In this document: in pieces, positions 44,168-58,692 of the stretch
Layout: every line of letters starts with the position of its first letter
How positions within the stretch are numbered: the stretch's first letter is position 1
From: Eledone cirrhosa
Taxonomy: Eukaryota
Assembly: GCA_964016885.1 (NCBI GenBank)
Contig: OZ024749.1
Span: 36,704,001 to 36,768,000 of the forward strand
DNA: 64,000 bases
Direction of reading: 5' to 3'
Position numbers and translations under genes: made by a program
The notes under the pieces: model-generated
What the model was told of the DNA's origin: nothing
Seen by the model: the letters and a program-made list of their open reading frames with translations, nothing else
The model's database searches: none

Positions 44168-44462
44168 GGGGCGGTGGATTGGCAGTATCGGTAGAGGGTC
44201 GGATGCCATGCTTTCTAGCATAGTTACGTCCCTTTACGATCTGAGTTCAAATCCCGCCGAGGTTGACTTTGCCTTTCATCCTTACGGGGTCGATAAAATA
44301 AAGTACCAGTAATGCACTGGGTAATTGCTGGCCTTGTGCCTAAAGTAGAAACAATTATTAAATGACCTTACGGGGGTTGATAAAATAAAGTACCAGTCAT
44401 ACACTGTGGTTGATTTAATCAACTTTCCCCTCCTGGCCTTGTGCCTTTATAAGAAACCATTA
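44168..44462 (+). mobile_element. Young SINE family 1 followed by an older 3' half SINE
   Basis: attattaaatga occurs three times (~44154, ~44355, ~44459), delimiting both copies. Confidence 0.85.
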
Positions 44463-44519
44463 TTAAATGATCATTTTTCCATGTTAGCATGGGTTAAATG
44501 AGTTGACCTGTTGTCTATA

Positions 44520-44570
<51 letters not shown>

Positions 44571-44572
44571 AA

Positions 44573-44950
44573 ATCAACATATGTTAACCTTGGTCTTCCT
44601 CTTCTAGTGTGTCCATGTAGGGGCTCCCAAAGGAGCACTGAGTGCAATGTCAACTCTGGATGTCGGTGAGCATGTCCAGCCAACCTCAGTCTCCTCTGTG
44701 TCACTTTTGAGCTGACTTTTGGGATGCTCCCATACAGCTCTGAGTTTTTCATCCTCAGTGTATACTGATTAATGTTCAGAGCCATCCTCAGCATTCTCGT
44801 GTAGCACCCATCCAAGGTTAACATATGTTGATGCCCTAAGGACAGACACTGGTCTGTTGGAGATGCAGGATATGGCAGCGATAATGAGGGACAGAGACCG
44901 CTGGAGAGAACTCGTCCATGGATCTCGGCAATTTTACCCGCCTTAGATAG
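44573..44950 (+). mobile_element. RTE/RTEX-like LINE 3' end with 5' inversion
   Basis: Minus strand LDGCYTRMLRMALN...RGRPRLTYVD continues on the plus strand as TYVDALRTDTGL...DRDRWRELV; TSD atgtgtgtaaat. Confidence 0.85.
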
Positions 44951-45119
44951 ATGTGTGTAAATGAGGTTGACGATAGGAAGGGCATCCAGCTGTAGAAACC
45001 AAGCCAAATCACTTCTGTATGAGCAAAACATGGTCACCTGACCTAACATTGCCCACAAAAGGACAACTGGTCTAATCCATGCAGGCATGGAAAAATAGAT
45101 GTAAAACGATGATGACATT

Positions 45120-45239
<120 letters not shown>

Positions 45240-45253
45240 TATATATATATATT

Positions 45254-45288
<35 letters not shown>

Positions 45289-45311
45289 ATATTTATTTAT
45301 ATATATATATT

Positions 45312-45350
<39 letters not shown>

Positions 45351-45369
45351 ATTTATATATATATATATT

Positions 45370-45400
<31 letters not shown>

Positions 45401-45429
45401 ATTTATATATATTTATATATATATATATT

Positions 45430-45581
<152 letters not shown>

Positions 45582-45582
45582 T

Positions 45583-45613
<31 letters not shown>

Positions 45614-45722
45614 TTATATATTTATATATTTATATTTATATATATATTTATATATATATTTATATATATTTATATATATATTTATATATATTTATATATA
45701 TATTTATATATATTTATATATA

Positions 45723-45837
<115 letters not shown>

Positions 45838-46472
45838 ATCATCATCATCATCGTCAATTAAAGTCTATCTTCCACGCTAGCATGGGTTAAACTGATTTGT
45901 CTCATTTAGAGGCAAGTTGGGTCGGGTGACCACATTGACAGCGTGTGCTGGGTGCGTTTTGCTGTGTCTTTCATATGTCCTCTTTTCAGTGTGGGCTGGG
46001 TGTTTTGGGGTTGGTTCTCTACAGCTGGAAGCCCTTCCTAATGCCAACCACATTTACATGGGTACATTTTGTCGTGACACCTACCGGGGCTGTGGGTGGG
46101 CCCCATCGCGTACCGTTGTAGTTGTTGTAGAAGAAACGGGAGATAAATTGTATAGTCATATTAATGTTAGTCAGCCACCTATTACCTCCCTTTCATTCAT
46201 CAATATATCTATATATATATATATTTATACATATATATATGTGTGTATATATGTATATATCTATCTATCTATATATATATATATATACATATATATGTAT
46301 ATATATATATATATGTGTATATATGTATATCTTTCTCTCTCTCTATATATATATATATATTTATACATATATATATATGTGTGTATATATGTATATATCT
46401 ATCTATCTCTCTCTATATATATATATATATATTATACATATATATGTATATATATATATGTGTATATATGTA

Positions 46473-46506
<34 letters not shown>

Positions 46507-46651
46507 TATGTGTATATATGTAGGTGAGTTTTATTGTGGTACAATAAAGCAATGCAGATATCGGATAAGAAGCACTCTACATTGATCTTATATATTATGT
46601 GTATATATGTATATATCTCTCCCTCTATATATATATTTATACATATATATG

Positions 46652-46684
<33 letters not shown>

Positions 46685-46946
46685 GTATATCTCTCTCTCT
46701 ATATATATATATATATATTTATACATATCTATGTATATATATATGTATATATCTCTCTCTCTCTATATATATATATTTATACATATCTATGTATATATAT
46801 ATGTGTATATATGTATATATATATATATCTTTTTCTCTATATATATATTTATACATATATGTATATATATATTCACTATCCAGTGAATTTCCAACCGATA
46901 AGGTATGATTTTCATGGGTATGTCTCTATTTATAAAACAAACTTTG

Positions 46947-47011
46947 TATTTTATCTGATGAAAGCATACCAATGTTGTCTTGGTTGCCTTTGAAATATAT
47001 ATAATAGAATA
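46947..47011 (+). ncRNA. Type I hammerhead ribozyme, family A
   Basis: TATTTTAT-CTGATGA-AAGCATACCAA/TTGGTTGCCTTT-GAAATATATATA^ATAGAATA. Confidence 0.75.
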
Positions 47012-47841
47012 AATATGGTTTTATAAATATAGTTTCCATCTATTTATTATCATTGTATATGTGTATATATATATATATATATGTGTATATATGTATATAT
47101 ATATATATATATATACACATATATATGTGTATATATATATCTACATCTATATACACATATATATATATATATATACATATATATGCATATATAAATATGT
47201 GTATATATGTATATATCTATATATTTATACATATATATATGTATATCTATACATATGTATATATATGTATATATATATATATATATGATGAATGCATATA
47301 TCTATAATTATATCATATATATCCCGGTTTATAAAGCAGATGTGTCATGTTTGTACATTGTCTGAGGTGGTTAAAAGGTTTGGCACCAGGAAGAACAATC
47401 TGCTGTAAAAAAACACTGTCTCTAAATATCCCAACCAACCTATACTTGCACTGAAAAGCAGTTGTAAAAATAATTATGATGATGATGATGATAAAGTTAA
47501 ATATAAATTAATATAAATTCTGTTTTTAATTACTTTACCTAATATTTTATCATTGGTCATTTTGCCAGAAAACTAAAATTATGTAAATCCTGTATTTTCT
47601 TTTAGAAATGTCCAATATGAGATGCTATGTATTGAATTCATACAATGATCAATCAGTCAAGTGTAACTCCATTCAGGAATCAACGAGTCAAGCATGAAGC
47701 TAAACTATTAATAATTCAGAGATTTTTTTTTTTATTGTTTTTGTTTATTATTTGGCTGGAATTAAAATGTTAACATTGTACCATAAATTTCTATATAGAT
47801 GAATGAGACATTTTAGTAATTCATATGTGAATTGCCAAAAC

Positions 47842-47873
<32 letters not shown>

Positions 47874-48185
47874 AGCTCAAGCTACACCTTTCTCTATAAA
47901 TATATATATAACAGAACTATGTAATAAACATAAGATGTACACATAATACTGTCTCTCTTATTCATAATATATATATATATCTGTAAATGTGGTTGGTGTT
48001 AGGAAAGGCATCCAGCCGTAGAAAACCTGCCAGATAGTTCTATATGAGCGAGACACGGCCACTTGACCAACCTTGCCTCAAATGGGACAACTCCTGTCTA
48101 ACCCATGCTAGCGTGGAAGATGGACGTTAAATGAAGATGATGATGATGCTGATGATATATATATATATTCTAATTTCTCATTCTT

Positions 48186-48221
48186 TCTTCTGATGAAGGA
48201 CTAGCATCTGAAACGTTAAGA
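48186..48221 (+). ncRNA. Minimal type I hammerhead ribozyme, family B
   Basis: TCTT-CTGATGA-AGG-ACTAGCA-TCT-GAAACGTT^AAGA. Confidence 0.65.
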
Positions 48222-48517
48222 CCCTATTCCTGCTATTTCAAGCATTCAACTAATGTATTCCTTCCATATACCGTACCGATTGTGTTGTTATTTCTGTTTA
48301 TTTTGTTGTTATTCTGTTGTTATTTCGTTTTTGGCTGAGGTGGTTTATGGCTTCTTGACCGCCTTCTCAGTTTGTATGGCCTTTATAACCTATGCTTATT
48401 GCTCTGGTCTTTTTTTTAGCCCATGGAGCGCTTGCCAGCATGACTCGGAATTTGCGTTACGTTTCGCTTTTTCTACTCACCCAAATGCAATTCTCGCTGA
48501 ATTTATACTTGTATATG

Positions 48518-48550
<33 letters not shown>

Positions 48551-48553
48551 GTA

Positions 48554-48594
<41 letters not shown>

Positions 48595-48597
48595 GTA

Positions 48598-48669
<72 letters not shown>

Positions 48670-48684
48670 TAGATATATAGATAG

Positions 48685-48715
<31 letters not shown>

Positions 48716-48726
48716 TATAGATAGAT

Positions 48727-48800
<74 letters not shown>

Positions 48801-49019
48801 CCTATGGTGCTAAGTCTGGAAAAACCACTGTTCAAAGTAGTCATAGATATATAATAGGATTCAGAGTTGGTATATTTAAAAAGAAAGTATTTGACTGTGA
48901 GCTCCTACCATTTCTGCTTGTGACTTCACTCAGACTAACATCTTCATTCAAGAAGATGCTTGTCTGAGTCAAGTAATAACTTTGAATAACTTTGAAATGT
49001 TTTGGCCAGTATTGGCCCA

Positions 49020-49255
49020 GGCCATGTCTAACTTAATAGCACCACCTGGCAAAGTCTTTCAATTCAGGATTTGGGCACCATGGCCCATTTGAGAAGAGAA
49101 TTACTGTTTGCGGAGACATATCCGGGTGTGGGTGGTTTGTCCGGGATTACTTGGAGGAATTTGTCCAAAGACTTCTTGAATTTTGTGTGGTCAGTTTCTG
49201 TTTTGACGTGTCCTGGTGTGATGTTGAAGAGAGCAGGGCCGATTGAGGTGAAATA
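49020..49255 (-). mobile_element. CR1-group LINE C-terminal fragment
   Basis: YFTSIGPALFNITP...FKKSLDKFLQVIPDKPPTPGY...SNSLLKW. Confidence 0.75.
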
Positions 49256-49439
49256 ATTGTTTCTACTTTAGGCACAAGGCCAGCAATTACCCAGTGCATT
49301 ACTGGTACTTTATTTTATCGACCCCGTAAGGATGAAAGGCAAAGTCAACATCGGCGGGATTTGAACTCAGATCGTAAAGGGACGTAACTATGCTGGAAAG
49401 CATGGCGTCCGACCCTCTACCGATACTGCCAATCCACCG
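49253..49439 (-). mobile_element. Young SINE family 1 with ~17-bp TSD
   Basis: TSD gattgaggtgaaataat at 49241-49257 and 49439-49455. Confidence 0.9.
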
Positions 49440-49489
49440 ATTGAGGTGAAATAATACAAGCAGAAACTATAAGAACTCATTGCTGAATG

Positions 49490-49900
49490 GTTTCTTCCTC
49501 CTCTTATACCCAGTTTCTCCCCCAGTTCATCCAAGCTCTGCTTTTCTCTCACATTTACATTGCACAACTAATGAAGCCTAGTCACATCATTTCTCACCAA
49601 CTGTTGCATGTTCTCTGCAGTCACTAACCGTGTTTCATTACCATGCAGTATCACACTTCAAACACATCATAAATCCGTCCTTTTGTACATAGGGAGAAAC
49701 CATTTGTTGTCAACAGTTAGTAGAATGCCTACACATCATACCCCATCACCATTTCCTACCCAGAAAAGTCAGTAACTACATTGTTAGTCTGTGAAAAGTA
49801 TCATTGAGTCATTCTTCTGTATCACCTCTTGTACACAGCACACATCCACTTCTCTCCTTTGAAACAGCTTTACAATTTTATTTGTGGCAGTCCAGAGATG
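49490..49900 (-). mobile_element. Degenerate, internally deleted RTE-LINE fragments
   Basis: Similar to 55900-56140; also VDVCCVQEV (endonuclease N-terminal motif) in the ORF track. Confidence 0.6.
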
Positions 49901-50094
49901 TGTAACTTGATAGTGATTAGTTCCTTGAGTAATAGTTCTTTGTAACTGGAGAGGAAAAAGGCTGCGTGATTGCTTGATGATGGTCAAGGGGTTCTTATGC
50001 ATGACTACTATAGCCACCTCATTACCATATGCAACATTAACCTGTTTTGTGTTACCGCTCTATATGCAATTAGTGTGAATCTTATGTGTTGTGC

Positions 50095-50772
50095 TTTACT
50101 CTTTTACTCTTTTACCTGTTTCAGCCATGCGGCTGAGGCCATGCTGGGGCACCGCCCTTGTTGCTACACATTTTATCTCCAGCCTGTATAGGTTGGCCAC
50201 TGGTGTAGGAGGGAGTTTGTTGCTGCTGCCCTTAGGTTTCCCTCGTGTCTTGCTGTGGGCTCATCCGGGATCCTGGATAACAAGGTGTCGAGATGTTTCT
50301 TAAAGACATCCACCTCCACGTCATGCAAGTCTCGCAGATGCCTCGGCAGCCTGTTGAAGAGTTGAGGGCCCTTGAATCCCAGGCTATTGCAATACCACTC
50401 CTTATTCTAGATGTGGAAGACGGGACCTTTGGCAACACACAGTGACGTCCTGTTCGACGGTTGGTCCAGCTCCCAATGCCAAAGTTTGGTGCTAGTCCCT
50501 CCAGGATTTTCCACATGTAGATCACTGCGTATCTCTCCCGTCTTCGCTCCAAGGAGTAGAGGTTCAGTTCCTTCAGCCTCTCCCAGTAGCTTGTCTCCCT
50601 CATCTTGGCAATCCTCTTGGTGTAGCTTCGCTGGATTGCCTCAAGCTCCGTGGTTAGTTTGACACTATGGGGTGACCACAGCTCGGAGCAGTAGTCCAGG
50701 CGGCTTAGGACAAAAGTCCTCCACAGTGTCAACATGGTGTCTCGATCTCTTGTAAGGAAAGTCCTCAAGACT
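50095..50772 (-). mobile_element. CR1-group LINE 3' end including tail
   Basis: LWRTFVLSRLDYCSELWSPH...LEAIQRSYTKRI...SYWERLKELNLYSLERRRERY; tail gctgaaacaggtaaaagagtaa, also isolated at ~40545-40597. Confidence 0.9.
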
Positions 50773-50976
50773 ATAATTTTGGCAGGTTTTTTGTCTGGCT
50801 GCCTGCTCTTCCTATCAGCAACCACTTTACAGTGTAGACTAGGTACATTATTTTTGCTACCAGCACTAGAAAGGTTGTCTTACTAGACTCAAGAGTCCTC
50901 TCCACTCTATATCAGTTTTTATTCAGTGTCTACTCACCTGGGCGAGTTGCTTTCACTGCAGCTTACAGATATATAC

Positions 50977-51035
<59 letters not shown>

Positions 51036-51090
51036 ATGTTGAACGTTTTTGGAAGCCTCTACAATGTGCATGTCATTTATATATATATAC

Positions 51091-51143
<53 letters not shown>

Positions 51144-51260
51144 AATATATATATTTATACATATATATATATATATATATTTATACATATATATATATAT
51201 ATATATTTATACATATATATATATATATATATTTATACATATATATATATATATATATTT

Positions 51261-51346
<86 letters not shown>

Positions 51347-51348
51347 TT

Positions 51349-51583
<235 letters not shown>

Positions 51584-51594
51584 CATATATATTT

Positions 51595-51649
<55 letters not shown>

Positions 51650-51664
51650 CATATATATTTATAC

Positions 51665-51722
<58 letters not shown>

Positions 51723-51738
51723 ATATATATATTTATAC

Positions 51739-52050
<312 letters not shown>

Positions 52051-52070
52051 ATATACATATATATTTATAC

Positions 52071-52106
<36 letters not shown>

Positions 52107-52142
52107 TTATACATATATATATATATATATATATATTTATAC

Positions 52143-52178
<36 letters not shown>

Positions 52179-52198
52179 ATATACATATATATTTATAC

Positions 52199-52230
<32 letters not shown>

Positions 52231-52396
52231 TTATACATATATATATATACATATATATATATACATATATATATATACATATATATATATACATATATAT
52301 ATATACATATATATATATATACATATATATATATACATATATATATATACATATACGATATTAAACAAATGGAAACTATATTTATAAAACCATATT

Positions 52397-52462
52397 TATT
52401 TCGTTATATATATTTCAGGGATATCATATTAGAAATATGGTATGCCTTCCTCAGACAACATA
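52397..52462 (-). ncRNA. Type I hammerhead ribozyme, family A
   Basis: Reverse complement TATGTTGT-CTGAGGA-AGGCATACCATATT/AATATGATATCCCT-GAAATATATATA^ACGAAATA. Confidence 0.7.
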
Positions 52463-52516
52463 CAATACATAAGCTGTTTTATAAATAATTTATACATACA
52501 TACATATATATATACA

Positions 52517-53127
52517 TGGTGGCTGCCAACTCGTTTTCGAGTACGGCCACTACTTTATATCCATGTAGGAGAACCCCTACTGATGCGCTGAACGAGTGTG
52601 ACTTTTTAGTCCATCCAGCGACTTGAAAACTCTGGTACAAAGACTACACTTGTGACAATTATTGACACATAGTGTTGGGCCCATGGTACCATGTGACGAC
52701 AAGTGCAGAGAGATCTCCAGATATAAAGCAATGCCTGTGCCGTGAAGCTTTTATAGTGAGCAAAGGCACTGCACAAAGCCAGTCCCACTCTCTTAACCAA
52801 GATGATATTTACCAAAAAGAAGAACAAGTCAACATCATTGGATACCATCAGGGTTGCAGGTGTTATATCAGAGTTTTCCTTCTCCTAGAATTCTGCCTTG
52901 ACAAAGGCTAAGGGGTCATCTCTCCCGGTGATTTTGGATGGCCATTGACTCTTAAGAGCTCCTTTGCCCTTTGACAGGTTTTGTTTTTAGTCCTGCAGGA
53001 TGTCCAAAGTCACCCTCCTCACCAAGAAACCTTGGTGGGGTTGCCAGTTTAGTCGCCAACGACCCGACCATGAGACAGGTTGTACTGGGATACATGTTAC
53101 CAGTAGCACCAACTGGTGACCTGACAT
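52517..53127 (-). mobile_element. Non-autonomous RTE deletion derivative, copy 2
   Basis: Same boundaries and near-identical sequence to 15886-16497. Confidence 0.75.
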
Positions 53128-53129
53128 AG

Positions 53130-53164
<35 letters not shown>

Positions 53165-53169
53165 CATAC

Positions 53170-53236
<67 letters not shown>

Positions 53237-53253
53237 TATATATATATATACAC

Positions 53254-53284
<31 letters not shown>

Positions 53285-53321
53285 TATATATATATACACA
53301 TATATATATATATATATACAC

Positions 53322-53352
<31 letters not shown>

Positions 53353-53433
53353 TATATATATATACACATATATATATATATATATATACACATATATATA
53401 TATATACACATATATATATATATATATATACAC

Positions 53434-53468
<35 letters not shown>

Positions 53469-53511
53469 CACATATATATATATATATACACATATATATA
53501 TATATATATAT

Positions 53512-53668
<157 letters not shown>

Positions 53669-53691
53669 TATACATATATATATATATATAC

Positions 53692-53722
<31 letters not shown>

Positions 53723-53735
53723 CATATATATATAC

Positions 53736-53776
<41 letters not shown>

Positions 53777-53834
53777 CCATCATCCTCATCGTTTAACGTC
53801 CATATTCCACGCTTGCATGGGTTTGGACGGATAC

Positions 53835-53910
<76 letters not shown>

Positions 53911-54090
53911 GTGTGTGTGTATATATATAAATGACATGCATATACACATGCTAATTTTTTAAAATTTACAAATGAAATTCAAAATTAAATTGTTATTAAG
54001 ATAATGTAATTTTAATTAGATTTCAATGTAATATCAAATTAGATGACCTTACACTTTTCAGTAATCTTGCAATGTTAATAATATTTTCTC

Positions 54091-54995
54091 ATATATAATG
54101 ACAATTGTTCTTTAACCCTAGGTCAGTTCTATTCCTGTAGATCTATGACCATTGCTGGTAGATACTTATATATAATGACAATTGTTGTTTAACCCTAGGT
54201 CAGTTCTATTCCTGTAGATCTATGACCATTGCTGGTAGATACTTATATATAATCACAATTGTTCTTTAACCCTAGGTCAGTTCTATTCCTGTAGATCTAT
54301 GACCATTGCTGGTAGATACTTATATATAATCACAATTGTTCTTTAACCCTAGGTCAGTTCTATTCCTGTAGATCTATGACCATTGCTGGTAGATACTTAT
54401 ATATAATCACAATTGTTCTTTAACCCTAGGTCAGTTCTATTCCTGTAGATCTATGACCATTGCTGGTAGATACTTATATTTAATCACAATTGTTCTTTAA
54501 CCCTAGGTCAGTTCTATTCCTGTAGATCTATGACCATTGCTGGTAGATACTTATATATAATCACAATTGTTCTTTAACCCTAGGTCAGTTCTATTCCTGT
54601 AGATCTATGACCATTGCTGGTAGATACTTATATTTAATCACAATTGTTCTTTAACCCTAGGTCAGTTCTATTCCTGTAGATCTATGACCATTGCTGGTAG
54701 ATACTTATATATAATCACAATTGTTCTTTAACCCTAGGTCAGTTCTATTCCTGTAGATCTATGACCATTGCTGGTAGATACTTATATATAATGACAATTG
54801 TTCTTTAACCCTAGGTCAGTTCTATTCCTGTAGATCTATGACCATTGCTGGTAGATACTTATATATAATCACAATTGTTCTTTAACCCTAGGTCAGTTCT
54901 ATTCCTGTAGATCTATGACCATTGCTGGTAGATACTTATATATAATCACAATTGTTCTTTAACCCTAGGTCAGTTCTATTCCAGTAGATCTATGG
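54091..54995. repeat. 77-bp minisatellite, ~11.7 copies
   Basis: Unit starts at 54091, 54168, 54245 and so on. Confidence 0.95.
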
Positions 54996-55296
54996 CCAAA
55001 TGTATTCCTCTTGTGACAATGCTGATATAGGGTATCTAGAACTAATGTATGCAATGTGTTCTTTTTTTTCACTTTACTTTTTGAAGAAAATTTAGCTGCT
55101 ATTTCAAGGAGAGAGAATGACCACACAGAGGCTCCCATATTGGATTGTCAATACACACTTGTTATCAAGTGACATATTTACACACAAAGGTTCCAACCAT
55201 TGCCACTAGTGCAAATTGACCTTGAAATAGACGGACAGACAGACAGATAGATTGATAGCTAGCTAGAAGGCTAGAGAGAAAGACAGACAGACAAGT

Positions 55297-56215
55297 ATCA
55301 TCATCATCATCGTTTAACGTCCATTTTCCACGCTAGCATGGGTCTGGACGGGAATTGCCCACTTGAGGCAAGATTGGTTGTCTTGCTCAGGACTGTCTGG
55401 CGGGTTTTCTACGGCTGGGTGCCCTTCCTAATACCAACCACGTTTACAGTGTGGACTGGGAGGTTTTTACCGTGTTACCTACATGGCCACATTACAGCGT
55501 GGACTGTGTGTTTTTTTGTCGTGACACCTACACGACCTCATTTGTTTCGGACTGGATGTTGTGGTACCAACATAACTTCACATTTAAGGGGGTGGTGTGG
55601 ATGGGGTGGGGGTAGTGGGACGGGGGTGTATTTTGTTAGAGGTGTCTACTGACTGTAGGTTTCGCTTTGTTCTTAGGTAAGGCGGGTCTTCTGTATAACT
55701 GTGTAGTGCCAAAGATCTCGGTCCAGTGACATTGTCTTGGAGAGGTGTAAGTGTGTGAGGTCGGAATTTATCAAGTCGTCCCAGGTTTTTCTGGGTCTGC
55801 CTACTCCGTGGCTACCGTCTATTTTTATCGCCCTGCACTTTTTTATACAGCTGTCGTCTTTCATGCGCATCACGTGACCGTACCAACGTAGTCTTCTCTT
55901 GAGTAAACAACATCTGATCCCTCTTATTCCTAATTTCTCCCTTAGTTCGTTTATGTTTTGCCATTCACGTATATTACTATTACACATCCAGCGGAGCATG
56001 CAAGCTTCGTTTCTCTCCAGTCTGCGTATATCCTCTGTACACAATGCCCAGGTCTCACTGCCATGTAACATTGCTGTTCGTATGCAGGCATCATACAGCC
56101 TGCCTTTCATTTTTAGAGAGAACCCTTTAGCGGCTAATAGTGGTATAAGCTCTCTGAACTTTTTCCATCCCGTTCTGACTCTAGCTACTGTACTTTCAGA
56201 GCACCCTCCCTCACT
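55297..56215 (-). mobile_element. RTE-LINE 3' end (ORF C-terminus + 3' UTR + (GAT)n)
   Basis: KGRLYDACIRTAMLHGSETWAL...RRLRWYGHVMR...GRPRKTW. Confidence 0.92.
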
Positions 56216-57654
56216 TATTATTATTACTATATATATATATATATATGAGAGTATTGAAGTTTGCTTGAAGCATTGTGAAACAATAAGTAAATATCTTTAA
56301 GTCGTTTGGAAGCCTCGACAATGCAAATGGGTGAATCTCCGGGTAACAAGGTCCGGTGGTGGAGAGAGAGATGTAAGTGGGTGTACGTTGAGATGCGTGG
56401 TGTGTATAAGATGTGTGAGATGTGTAGAATGAAGGGAAGAGTAAAAGGATAAAAATAAAAATAAAAACACAAGAGAGAGAGTTACCTTGGAAGAGATTTA
56501 ATAGTCCCTATATATTTCGGATTCACATCCATCAACTGGGGTTTTTTCCGGGGTGGGGGGAAAAGGTTGTCTGTCGGACAAGAGAGAGAGAGAGAGAGAG
56601 AGAGGCACAGACAGACAGACAGACAGACAGAAGAGATCATGTGATTGTGGCCAATGTTTAAGTCAAAACACTTGAGATGGACAGTTTGGTCTTTAACATT
56701 AATTTTCGAGCAGCTAAATTATCTGAAAGCCAATCAATGATTCTCTTGTAATCAATAACCAATAAATATTTAATGATAGTTCACAAGAAATGTTAGGATA
56801 TTTAGATTCTTGCCAATTATTAGTTTCACAAATCCAGATATTCAGATCCAATATGTCTGTATATCTATCTCTCTATCTGTAGACCATGTTTGACTGCTTG
56901 TCTGTAGGCTTTGTATGTATGTATGTCTCTAAATGAACATTGGTCTGTCCATCTGTTTATCTGTACACTGTATGTCTGTCTGCATGTCTGCCTGTCTGCC
57001 TATATATATATATATATTTATGTATATCTGTCTTTATGTATGTATGTACATATGTATGTATGTACATATGTATGCATGTATGTATGCATGTCTAAATCTG
57101 TAGATTGTGGTGTTATTGTTGTTGTTGTTGTTGGTGGTAGTGTGGATAGTGGTGGTGGTGTGAATGGTTGTGGTGGTGGTAGTGTTGGTTGTGGTAGTGT
57201 TGAAGGTGGTGGTAGTGGTAGTGTTGATGGTGGTGATGGTGGTGGTGGTGTTGGGGGTGGTAGTGTTAATGGTGTTGTTGGTGGTGGTAGTAGTGTTGTT
57301 GTTACAGTTGGTGGTGGTAGCGTTGATGGATGTAGTGGTGGTAGTAGTGTTAGTGTTATTGCTGTAAATTGTAAATTTAATCTGTTTCAACATTAAAAAC
57401 AAAAAGAAAAGACAAAAAGAAATACTTGACTTAAAAACAAATATTTCCATTTTTTTCCCTCACAGCAATGAAAGTCTTGTGATATTAATATAATAATTGT
57501 CACTGATTTAGGCACAAGGCCAGCAATTTTGGCAGAGGAGAAAGTTGATTAAATCCACTCCAGTGCATTACTGGTACTTTATTTTATCGACCCCGTAAGG
57601 ATGAAAGGCAAAGTTAACCTTGGTGGGATTTGAACTCAGAATCTGTAAAGGGCC

Positions 57655-57885
57655 ATCAGATTTTTCACTATGGAAGTGACACCAGATTTTTCACTATGGA
57701 GGTGACACCAGATTTTTCACTATGGAGGTGACACCAGATTTTTCACTATGGAAGTGACACCAGATTTTTCACTATGGAAGTGACACCAGATTTTTCACTA
57801 TGGAAGTGACACCAGATTTTTCACTATGGAAGTGACACCAGATTTTTCACTATGGAAGTGACACCAGTTTTTCGCTATGGAGGTG
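57655..57885. repeat. 26-bp minisatellite (accagatttttcactatggaagtgac)
   Basis: Seen directly; about 8 copies. Confidence 0.95.
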
Positions 57886-57921
57886 GACACCAGTGCTTCG
57901 CTATGCAGGTGGACATTACAT

Positions 57922-58498
57922 CGTCCCGTCTTGGGGGCTCGTCCCGTCTTGGGAGCTCGTCCCGTCTTGGGGGCTCGTCCCGTCTTGGGGGCTCGACCCG
58001 GCTAGGGGCTCGGCCAGGCTAGGGGCTAGACCCGGTTATGGGCTCGACCCGGCTAAGGGCTCGACCCGGCTAAGGGCTCGGCCTGGCTAGGGGCTCGGCC
58101 CGGGTAGCGGCTCGACCCGGCTATGGGCTCGACCCGGCTAGGGGCTCGGCCCGGCTAGGGGCTCGACCCGGCTAGGGGCTCGGCCCGGCTTGGGGCTCGA
58201 CCCGGCTAGGGGCTCGGCCCGGCTAGGGGCTCGGCCCGGCTAGGGGCTCGACCCGGCTAGGGGCTCGGCCCGGCTTGGGGCTCGACCCGGCTAGGGGCTC
58301 GGCCCGGCTATGGGCTCGGCCCGGCTATGGGCTCGACCCGGCTAGGGGCTCGACCCGGCTATGGGCTCGACCCGGCTAGGGGCTCGGCCCGGCTAGGGGC
58401 TCGGCCCGGCTAGGGGCTCGGCCCGGCTAGGGGCTCGGCCCGGCTAGGGGCTCGGCCCGGCTATGGGCTCGACCCGGCTAGGGGCTCGACCCGGCTAT
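57922..58498. repeat. GC-rich 18-bp minisatellite (ggggctcgRcccggcta family)
   Basis: Seen directly; first units are cgtcccgtcttgggggct. Confidence 0.95.
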
Positions 58499-58692
58499 GT
58501 TGTCAGATGCTCTACTGGTTCTTCTGATCCACCGCCCTAATGATTCGTAATCGTTAGTGTTGTGGGGGGTTCTGTGGTGGAATAGCAAAACATATGGATT
58601 AAAACAGATATGTGCAGTTCCACATTAACACACACATAGATATGGGCATATATTGACAGGAACATGCACATATACACACACACACACACACA

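Larger units (their letters stand above)
57495..58537 (-). mobile_element. SINE family 1 with minisatellites expanded inside its tRNA head
   Basis: Tail, core and B box at 57495-57655; 5' end (gatccaccgccc) at ~58500-58537. Confidence 0.75.
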
